14,882 nucleotides of DNA from Sandaracinaceae bacterium (GTDB lineage: Bacteria > Myxococcota_A > Polyangia > Polyangiales > Sandaracinaceae): assembly GCA_044220955.1 (NCBI GenBank), contig JBGAQA010000137.1, positions 1 to 14,882 of the forward strand, in the 5' to 3' direction. This document shows, piece after piece, positions 5,928-12,777 of this stretch. The position numbers and the translations under genes are program-made. The stretch's first letter is position 1; the number at the start of each line of letters is the position of its first letter. The notes under the pieces were generated by a model. The model saw only the letters and a program-made list of their open reading frames with translations. It searched no databases and had not been told where the DNA came from.

Positions 5928-7505
5928 ATGCGGACCCTGGCTCCCTGGATCGCGGGCGCGGCGCTCGTGCTCGCGGCGAGCGCCAGCGCGCAGGCCGAGG
6001 GACCGACGCTCCTGTTCGGTGGGGACGTGATCTTCGACGATCCGGTCGACTACGCGCTGCGCCAGATGCACCGCTCCCGTGACGACGTCAGCGCATACGA
6101 GGCGCTCTTCGAGGAGCTCGACCTGGGCTCGGCGGACCTGACGGTCGTGAACCTCGAGACGCCCGTCGCGGAGCGGGTGCGCTCGCGCGAGGACGGCTTC
6201 GACGTCCCGCTCTTCGCCGCGCCCCCGGCCTTCCTCACCGCGCTCGCTCGGGCGGGCGTCGACCTGGTGACGCTGGCGAACAACCACGCGTACGACCAGG
6301 GCGCACGGGGGCTGGCCGAGACCATCGAGAACGCGCGGGCGGCGGGCGTGGCCACGATCGGCGCGGGCGCCGACCGGGAGGCGGCGTTCACGGCGCGGAT
6401 CGCGACGGCGCGCGGGCGGCGGATCGCGCTCGTCTCGGCGACCGAGGGCGTGAACCTCGCGGCCCGCGACGCCGAGTCGCCGCGCGTCGCGCTTCTCGAC
6501 GCGGAGATGCTCCGCGCCGCGGTCGGGACCGCGCGCGCGGCGTCCGACCTGACCGTCGTCGTGCTGCACTGGACGGACGCCGATCCGGGCGACGCGCTCC
6601 CGACCGACGACATGCGCGCCTGGTGCGAGCGCGCCGCCGAGGCGGGAGCGGACCTGGTGATCGGACACGGGCCGCACGTACCGGGGCCGCGGGCGCTGCT
6701 GCGCACGAGCGACGGCCGCGAGGTCCCGGTCCTCTACTCGCTGGGCAACCTCGTCGCGGTGATGCAAGCAGGCCACGACGAGGTCGAGCGCGCCGGACCC
6801 TCGGTGCGCGACGCGGTGCTCGCCGCCATCCACACCCGACCCGCTCCGGACGGCCGGCTCGCGATCGCGTCCATCGGAGCGCGCCCGTACTTCATCTCGA
6901 CGTCGAGCCGCGCGCTCTTCGGGGACGCGCGCACGCGCTTCGTGCGGCCGCTCGCGATCGACCGGGAGATGGCGCGGGCCGAGCGCGCCGCGTGTGGCCG
7001 CGAGTGCCGCGAGCTGCGCGAGGCGTACGCGGCCCGGCGCGAGCGGATCGGGAGCCTGTTCGGCGCGGTCGTCGCCGTGCCGGTCTCGCCCGCGCCCGCG
7101 CCCGCGCCCGTGCCCGTGCCCGCGCCCGCGCCCGCGCCCGCGCCCTCGCCCTCGCCCGCGCCCGCGCTCTCGCCCGCGCCCGCGCCCTCGCCCTCGCCCT
7201 CGCCCGCGCCCTCGCCCTCGCCGGTCGACCTGGGCCTCGTCTTCGCCGACCACAGCGCCCGCGAGGTGGCCCACGACGACGCGCGCGTCGCCGCGCTCGC
7301 CGCGCGACTGCGCGCCGATCACCGCCTCAGGGTCTCGATCGTGGCGCACCCGGCGCCGGGCGAGAGCGAGCGCATCGCGGCCCGCCGCGCCCACCACGCG
7401 CGCGGCCTGCTCTCGGTGCTCGGTCCCTCTCGCTCTCGCTTCGATCTCTCGGTCGGCGCCCCCGATCCGTCGGCGCGCGTCGAGATCCGTGTCACTGCAC
7501 CGTGA
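5928..7505 (+). CDS. CapA/PGA_cap-family metallophosphoesterase with Pro-rich linker and C-terminal OmpA-like domain (525 aa)
   Basis: Signal peptide MRTLAPWIAGAALVLAASASA-Q; motifs GGDV, NLETP, LANNHAYDQG, VVVLHW, GADLVIGHGPHV and YSLGN; (PA/PS)n linker; C-terminal F...S...LAARL...LRVSIVAH...RRA...LG...R...RVEIRV. Confidence 0.9.
   Translation: MRTLAPWIAGAALVLAASASAQAEGPTLLFGGDVIFDDPVDYALRQMHRSRDDVSAYEALFEELDLGSADLTVVNLETPVAERVRSREDGFDVPLFAAPPAFLTALARAGVDLVTLANNHAYDQGARGLAETIENARAAGVATIGAGADREAAFTARIATARGRRIALVSATEGVNLAARDAESPRVALLDAEMLRAAVGTARAASDLTVVVLHWTDADPGDALPTDDMRAWCERAAEAGADLVIGHGPHVPGPRALLRTSDGREVPVLYSLGNLVAVMQAGHDEVERAGPSVRDAVLAAIHTRPAPDGRLAIASIGARPYFISTSSRALFGDARTRFVRPLAIDREMARAERAACGRECRELREAYAARRERIGSLFGAVVAVPVSPAPAPAPVPVPAPAPAPAPSPSPAPALSPAPAPSPSPSPAPSPSPVDLGLVFADHSAREVAHDDARVAALAARLRADHRLRVSIVAHPAPGESERIAARRAHHARGLLSVLGPSRSRFDLSVGAPDPSARVEIRVTAP
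7086..7223 (+). repeat. Coding hexanucleotide tandem repeat (~23 units of GCGCCC/TCGCCC/GTGCCC) encoding a Pro-Ala/Pro-Ser linker
   Basis: Directly visible; in frame with the CapA gene. Confidence 0.9.
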
Positions 7506-8226
7506 TCGCGTCCGAAGCGGGCGAGACCTGCCCGAACTGATCGACCCAGGCGACGCGCGCCACGAGCGTTCCGTCGGGCGGCGCCGTCCAGCCCGTCGGT
7601 ACGCCCGCGCAGCGAGCCGGCTCGGCGTAGAGCACGATCTCGCGCTGACCGACCGCCGCGCGCGCCCACGCGGCCGGCGAGGCGTCGGTGTTCCACGTGA
7701 CCACCGACGCGAGGACGCCCTCGGGCACGGGGAAGTCGAGGTTGGCGCGCACCTCGATGCGCTGACCGCCCGCCGCACCGATCCCGGTCGCGGCGACGCG
7801 CCGGATCTCGCGCACCGCAGGGCGCACGGGCACGCCCGGCAGCACCGAGAAGCCGATCGTGAGGGGCGCGTCGGCCCCGAGGCCGTGCAGCGTCCAGATG
7901 CCGCGCGTCACGTGGGCGTCGAAGGGGACCCGGAACAGGCCAGGGGCGAGCGCGACCGGCGTCAGCGGCCAGGCGGTCCGACGGCCACGGGTGACGCTGA
8001 TCGCAGGCAGCGCCGGGGCCGTGAGGGCACCGCTCGTCGCGTCGACGTCCATCGCGACGACGATGCCCGCGCCCGTCCGCGGGAACGTGGTCCCCACGGC
8101 GGTCAGCGGGTGCGCGGCCCAGCGCGGCGCAGCGCAGTCGTCTTGCGCGTGCGTGACGCGCGCACCCGCGCCGAGCCCGAGCACGAGCACCAGAGCCAGC
8201 GGCACCACGGGACGACGAGACCCCAT
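7492..8226 (-). CDS. Secreted hypothetical protein (244 aa), beta-rich, possible Ig/FN3-like C-terminus
   Basis: ATG 8226 gives the MGSRRPVVPLALVLVLGLGAGARVTHA-QD signal peptide; two Cys; ends ARVAWVDQFGQVSPASDAITVQ. Overlaps the CapA 3' end convergently by 14 nt. Confidence 0.82.
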   Translation of the reverse strand: MGSRRPVVPLALVLVLGLGAGARVTHAQDDCAAPRWAAHPLTAVGTTFPRTGAGIVVAMDVDATSGALTAPALPAISVTRGRRTAWPLTPVALAPGLFRVPFDAHVTRGIWTLHGLGADAPLTIGFSVLPGVPVRPAVREIRRVAATGIGAAGGQRIEVRANLDFPVPEGVLASVVTWNTDASPAAWARAAVGQREIVLYAEPARCAGVPTGWTAPPDGTLVARVAWVDQFGQVSPASDAITVQ

Positions 8227-8321
8227 GCGCGCAAGCCTCGCCGACGTGCCAGCCGGAGGCAAGCGATCCCACACACCCGGAACTCGCGACGCGCGCGGAA
8301 CGTGGTTACCTTCGATCTCAC

Positions 8322-9269
8322 GTGATGTTCGAGCCGTTTGCACGTATCGGTGACGAGCTGCTCCGGGCGCAGCTCAAGCTCGGCGGCTTCGAGAGCCGCT
8401 TCGTCCCGACCAAGGCCGGGCGCATGCACGCCATGGTGGCGCAGGGCGACGGCGATCTGCCGCCCTTCGTGCTCTTGCACGGCTTCGCGGCGGCCTCGCA
8501 CTACTACGGCGGCGTCGCGTCGCGCATGCGCCCCCTCGTACGCCAGGTGATCGCGCCCGACCTCCCGGGCCACGGCGCGAGCGAGGGTGACGCCAGCGTG
8601 ATCGACTGGACGATGCTCGAGGACGGCCTCCTCGAGACGCTCGACGCGCTGATCGAGCGGCCCGCGATCGTGTTCGGCAACTCGCTCGGCGGCGCCGCAG
8701 CGGTCCGCTACGCCGCGATGCGGCCCAAGAAGGTGCGCGGCCTGTTCCTCGTGGCGCCCGGCGGAGCGCCCATGGACGACGCGACGTTCCGATCGTTCCT
8801 CTCGCGCTTCGCCCTCGAGAGCCACGAGAAGGCGCTCGACTTCGTCGACCGCCTCTTCCACCGGCCGCCGCCGTACCGGCACCTCATCGCCTGGGGCACG
8901 CGCAAGCAGTTCGCGCGGCCCGCCATGCGCGCCCTGATGCAGCGCGGCCTGGCCATCAACCTGCTCACGCCCGCGGAGCTGAGCTCGCTGTCCATGCCGA
9001 CGCACGTGGTCTGGGGTGGCGCGGACCGCATCCTGCTCCCGTCCCACCTCGCGTTCTTCCGCGAGCACCTCCCTGCGCACGCGACGCTCGAGGTGGTGCC
9101 GCGCTTCGGGCACACGCCGCACATGGACCAGCCGGAGGCGCTCCACACGATGCTCGTCGCCTTCGCGCGCGAGACGGCGCCCCGCCGCTCGTCGCCCGGC
9201 TCGATCCCGGCGCTCGCGCCCGCGGCAGCAGGCCGGCCGAACGGCGCCACCGCACGGGCGCGACCGTGA
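8322..9269 (+). CDS. Alpha/beta fold hydrolase
   Basis: LLHGF oxyanion motif, APDLPGHG, nucleophile elbow GNSLGG, WGGADRIL (acid) and FGHTPH (His). Start is GTG 8322 or ATG 8325. Confidence 0.93.
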   Translation: MMFEPFARIGDELLRAQLKLGGFESRFVPTKAGRMHAMVAQGDGDLPPFVLLHGFAAASHYYGGVASRMRPLVRQVIAPDLPGHGASEGDASVIDWTMLEDGLLETLDALIERPAIVFGNSLGGAAAVRYAAMRPKKVRGLFLVAPGGAPMDDATFRSFLSRFALESHEKALDFVDRLFHRPPPYRHLIAWGTRKQFARPAMRALMQRGLAINLLTPAELSSLSMPTHVVWGGADRILLPSHLAFFREHLPAHATLEVVPRFGHTPHMDQPEALHTMLVAFARETAPRRSSPGSIPALAPAAAGRPNGATARARP

Positions 9270-9417
9270 CGCGGATCGAGCCCGTCGTCCGAGGCACCTC
9301 GCTCCACGAGCCGTGAGCGCCCGAGGTCGCCGGCGGCGGGTCTCTGCGCCCCGGTGACGTCCGCGCGCCGACGCGCCTGAGCGGGCCGCGACGCCGCGAG
9401 GCCTGCCGCGCCGACGG

Positions 9418-9460
9418 TGCGACCCGCGCGGTCGCAGGTCGGGCTCTGCCGGATCGCAGG
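9418..9460 (+). promoter_or_regulatory. Candidate enhancer (UAS) for a sigma54 activator
   Basis: TGCGACC-N5-GGTCGCA palindrome (9418-9436), plus TCGCAGG repeated 22 bp apart (9432, 9454). Centred ~85 bp upstream of the -12 element. Confidence 0.45.
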
Positions 9461-9497
9461 CGCCCTCGATTCCCGCGTGAATCGCGGGGGTCCCGGG

Positions 9498-9513
9498 CGG
9501 CACGCGGGGTGCT
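9498..9513 (+). promoter_or_regulatory. Sigma54 (RpoN) -24/-12 promoter
   Basis: CGGCACGCGGGGTGCT = GG(9499-9500)-N10-GC(9511-9512), close to the TGGCACG-N4-TTGCW consensus. Followed by GGAGGT (9526-9531) and ATG 9538. Confidence 0.75.
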
Positions 9514-9537
9514 GGAAGCACGGGCGGAGGTGCCGTC

Positions 9538-10500
9538 ATGACCCGTCATTCTCGTTCGCTCGTCTCCTCGGCCTCGCTCGCATCGCTGGTTCTGTCGCTG
9601 CTCGCCGTCGCCGGCTGCGCGTCCGGTGGCGCGGGCAACTCGGCGATCGGCGACGCGCTGCACGCCGACCTCGCGACGTGTCCCGTGGACACGGCCGTCG
9701 GCGACGCGTGCGACCCCTCGTTCGCCGACTGCGCGTCGTCGACGGACTTCGCGGTCGCGTGCGCCTGCGCCGCGTCCGCGGACGGCTCCACGCACGTCGC
9801 GTGCGCGCCGCCGCTTCCCGTGCCGGCGATCGAGATCTGCGCCGCCGACGTGGCGCCCGGCGTGTCGTGCGACGACATCGCGTCCGACGGCGCGTGCGTC
9901 CTGCCCCGAGGCGGGCGCTGCGTCTGTCGCGAGGACACGAGCGACCCCCGCGTGCCTGCCGGCGCGCACCGGACGTGGGCGTGCGAGGTGCCGCCACCCG
10001 GGCCGACGGCCTGCGAGGGGCTCGCCACCGGCGCGGTCGACTGCAGCGGCTTCGAGGGCGAGGTCTGCCGCCTCGACGCGAGCACCCGGTGCACCTGCGC
10101 GAGCCTCGGCGCGCGCGCCGGCGCCTCGTGGATCTGCGACACGACGCCCACGGTGATCCCCTCGTGCAGCAGCACGACGCTCACCTGCGCGAGCGCCCCG
10201 TACTGCGCGCTCGACGACGGCCGCCTCTGCCGGTGCATCGCGGACGCGACCGACCCGACGGGCAGCCCCCGCTACGAGTGCGGACCGCCGCGCATCCCCA
10301 CGCCCTCGTATTGCCCGGCGGAGATCACGCTCGGCACCGGCGCGCGCGTCGAGTGCTCGGACATCGGCGCGTCGTGCGACATCGGCCCGTCCGGCGGCCA
10401 GTGCCGCTGCGTGGACGATCCGAGCCGCGACCCCTCGCGCCCGGTCGGGGTGTGGCAGTGCGACGCGACCGCCAGCGGGGCGACCGACTCGGCCGCCTGA
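9538..10500 (+). CDS. Cys-rich lipoprotein with five tandem 6-Cys modules (320 aa)
   Basis: RBS GGAGGT, signal peptide and lipobox VAG-C, then five modules of the form C..C..C..CxC..[W/Y/V]xC separated by Pro-rich spacers. Confidence 0.88.
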   Translation: MTRHSRSLVSSASLASLVLSLLAVAGCASGGAGNSAIGDALHADLATCPVDTAVGDACDPSFADCASSTDFAVACACAASADGSTHVACAPPLPVPAIEICAADVAPGVSCDDIASDGACVLPRGGRCVCREDTSDPRVPAGAHRTWACEVPPPGPTACEGLATGAVDCSGFEGEVCRLDASTRCTCASLGARAGASWICDTTPTVIPSCSSTTLTCASAPYCALDDGRLCRCIADATDPTGSPRYECGPPRIPTPSYCPAEITLGTGARVECSDIGASCDIGPSGGQCRCVDDPSRDPSRPVGVWQCDATASGATDSAA

Positions 10501-10517
10501 GGTCCCACGAGATCGCG

Positions 10518-10558
10518 ACGGGCGCGCGGGGGCGGATCGAGCCCCACCGCGCGCCCGT
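10518..10558. terminator. GC-rich stem-loop downstream of the Cys-rich lipoprotein gene (terminator-like or REP-like)
   Basis: ACGGGCGCGCGG pairs with CCGCGCGCCCGT (12 bp), plus an inner GGGC/GCCC stem and a 7-nt loop. No U-tract. Confidence 0.55.
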
Positions 10559-10581
10559 GCGCCGGTAGGATGGAGGCTCCG

Positions 10582-11673
10582 ATGATCGGGAGAACGTCGA
10601 TTCTGCTCCTCGCGCTCCACGCCGCGCTCGGCGTGATCGCGGGGTGTGCCACGGACGCGGTCGCATCGCCCTGCGCGACGACGGCCGATTGTCCCCCGAC
10701 CCGCACGTGCGACGACGGGCGCTGCCGCTTCGTCCCAGGGCTCGGCGACGCCAACGTGCGCGACGCGGGGGACGGCGGCCGCGACGCGGGCGACGCGGGC
10801 GCGCCCGACGCCGGGGCGATGGGCGGCGACGGCGGGCTCGACGCAGGCCGCGACGCGGGCGTGGACGCCGGCCGGGACGGGGGCATGGACGCGGGGAACG
10901 ACGGCGGCGACGACGCGGGCCACGACGCCGGTGCCGACGCAGGGAACGACGCCGCGAGCGACGCGGGCACGGACGCCACGAACGACGGCGGCAGCGACGC
11001 AGCGGTCGACGGCGGGTGTGCGCTCGGGCCCTGCTGCATCACGACCGCCACCGACCCGTGCGGCGCGGGCTTCGTCTGCCGCCCTCCGCCGACGGGCGAG
11101 GACGTGGGCTCGTGCGTCGCGTGCGACGCGACCACCAGCGTCGTGTGCGGCACGTTCGGTGGCGGGGTCGTCGAGACCTTCTTCTCGGAGTGCGACGCGT
11201 TCGCGGCCGGCGCCGACGTCGCGGGGACGGGCGTCTGCCGATGCGGCGTCGGCGGCGTCACGTGCGGCGGCGGCCAGATCTGCGATCGCGGGGTTCGCCA
11301 CCTGCGAGACTGCGCGACCGCCGCGCCGCAGGGAATCTGCGTCACGCCGTCGCCGGGCAGCTGCGACCCCACGCCGCGCCGCGAGCTCACCTGCGACGAC
11401 GCCACGTCGTTCGACGACGAGTGCGCACGCCTCGGCACGGCGGGCGGGGGTGTGATGACGCGCTTCGCAATCTCGTGCGTCATGGTCCCTCCGGTGATGG
11501 GCTGCTTCGACGATCGCGACTGCACGCGCGCGGCCACCAGCTGCTACGGCGCGCGCGACTGCGCGATGGCCGGGACGTGCCAGCCCGATCCGGCCCCGGG
11601 CGACTGCATCGACCAGACGGACTGCGCGCCCTGGCAGGCGTGCACGACCGGCCACTGCGTCGACGTGCGGTGA
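10582..11673 (+). CDS. Cys-rich lipoprotein with D-A/G-G-x linker and Kazal-like modules (363 aa)
   Basis: GGAGG 10572-10576 precedes ATG 10582 (alternative ATG 10570); lipobox IAG-C; C-x5-C-x5-C-x4-C motifs at both ends; VVCG...TFFSECDA...G.C Kazal-like segment. Confidence 0.87.
   Translation: MIGRTSILLLALHAALGVIAGCATDAVASPCATTADCPPTRTCDDGRCRFVPGLGDANVRDAGDGGRDAGDAGAPDAGAMGGDGGLDAGRDAGVDAGRDGGMDAGNDGGDDAGHDAGADAGNDAASDAGTDATNDGGSDAAVDGGCALGPCCITTATDPCGAGFVCRPPPTGEDVGSCVACDATTSVVCGTFGGGVVETFFSECDAFAAGADVAGTGVCRCGVGGVTCGGGQICDRGVRHLRDCATAAPQGICVTPSPGSCDPTPRRELTCDDATSFDDECARLGTAGGGVMTRFAISCVMVPPVMGCFDDRDCTRAATSCYGARDCAMAGTCQPDPAPGDCIDQTDCAPWQACTTGHCVDVR
10762..11016 (+). repeat. Coding, roughly 12-nt periodic repeat encoding an acidic (D-A/G-G-x)n linker
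   Basis: DAGDGGRDAGDAGAPDAG...DAGRDAGVDAGRDGGMDAGNDGGDDAGHDAGADAGN...DGG. Confidence 0.8.
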
Positions 11674-11679
11674 ACGGCG

Positions 11680-12774
11680 ATGTCCCGCTATCGCCCGCGC
11701 TTCCTCATCGGCCGTGGCGCGATGGGAGAGATCTGGCTGGGCACCCTCGAGGGGCCCGAGGGCTTCCGCCGCCCGGTCGTCGTCAAGCGCGCGCGCGATG
11801 ACGAGGCCGAGGCGCGGGCGGCGCTCGTCGCGGAGGCGCACGTCGCGAGCGTCGTGGCGCACCCGAACGTGGTGCACGTGCACGAGCTCGTGAAGACGGC
11901 CGACGGGCTCGTGCTCGCGATGGAGTACCTGAGCGGTCTTTCGGTGCGCGCGCTCCTCTCCCGCCTGCGGCTCGAGAGCGTGTGCGTGCCCTGGCCGATC
12001 GCGGCGCGGATCGCCTCCGACGCCGCGCGAGGCCTGCACGCGGCGCACGTCGCGACGAGCCTCGGGGGCGAGCCGATGGGGATCGTCCACCGCGATCTGA
12101 GCCCGGAGAACCTCGTCACGATCGAGCCCGGACTGACGAAGGTGCTCGACTTCGGGATCGCGCGGAGCCGCTTTCGCACGCCGACGGTCGTGCCGACGGT
12201 GAAGGGGAAGCTCGCCTACCTCTCGCCCGAGCAGGCGCGCGGCGAGCCGCTCGACCCCCGATCGGACGCGTTCGCGCTCGGCAGCGTGCTCGTCGAGCTC
12301 CTGACGGGGACGGCGCCCTTCCGGCGCGGCGATCCCCTGGCGACGGTCGAGGCGGTGCTCGCCGCGATCGTGCCGCCGCTTCCGCCCGACGTACCACCCG
12401 CGCTCGCGAGCGTCGTGCGGCGGCTGCTCGCGCGGACCCGCGACGATCGCCCCGCGGACCTCGGCGCGGTCGCCGACGAGCTCGACACGATCGCAGGGCC
12501 GCGGGGGCGGCACCGCGACGTGGCCCTCTTTCTCCGCGCGGAGGTGGGCGACGTGCTGGCCGCGAGCCGCGAGAGGCTACAGGCCCTGGGCAGCCCCGAC
12601 ACCGAGCCGCACGCCGCGATCCCGACGCGCGTGACGACGCTGCACGCGCTCGCGGGCACGATGGCGGCGCTCGACCCGACGGACGAGGGGACGGCGCCCG
12701 ACGCGGACGAGCTCACGGAGATCGACGGCGTGGCGACCGCGCTCCTGCTCACCAAGAAGAAGAGGTCCGGCTGA
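11680..12774 (+). CDS. Hanks-type Ser/Thr protein kinase, complete, no obvious transmembrane segment
   Basis: IGRGAMGEIW, VVVKR, AEAH (alphaC Glu), HRDLSPEN, VLDFG, KGKLAYLSPEQ and SDAFALG; acidic Thr-containing C-terminal tail. Starts 6 nt after the upstream stop. Confidence 0.95.
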   Translation: MSRYRPRFLIGRGAMGEIWLGTLEGPEGFRRPVVVKRARDDEAEARAALVAEAHVASVVAHPNVVHVHELVKTADGLVLAMEYLSGLSVRALLSRLRLESVCVPWPIAARIASDAARGLHAAHVATSLGGEPMGIVHRDLSPENLVTIEPGLTKVLDFGIARSRFRTPTVVPTVKGKLAYLSPEQARGEPLDPRSDAFALGSVLVELLTGTAPFRRGDPLATVEAVLAAIVPPLPPDVPPALASVVRRLLARTRDDRPADLGAVADELDTIAGPRGRHRDVALFLRAEVGDVLAASRERLQALGSPDTEPHAAIPTRVTTLHALAGTMAALDPTDEGTAPDADELTEIDGVATALLLTKKKRSG

Positions 12775-12777
12775 CGC

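Noticed and set aside
7086..7223. Tandem repeat as a CRISPR array or phase-variation tract
   Set aside because: Six-nt in-frame units with no spacers. It encodes a Pro-rich linker, and unit loss would not shift the frame.
5928..7505. Poly-gamma-glutamate capsule operon
   Set aside because: Only a CapA-family domain is present; no CapB/CapC-like neighbours in the window.
8230..8253. Minus-strand TGGCACG...TTGC as a sigma54 promoter for the 8226 gene
   Set aside because: The GG-to-GC spacing is not the required 10 nt.
8965..12513. 1182-aa minus-strand ORF and other long overlapping ORFs (for example 5661..7778, 11982..14117, 12577..13995, 1662..2882)
   Set aside because: Arg/Ala/Gly-rich antisense or off-frame shadows of motif-supported genes. 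Long stop-free frames are expected at this GC content.
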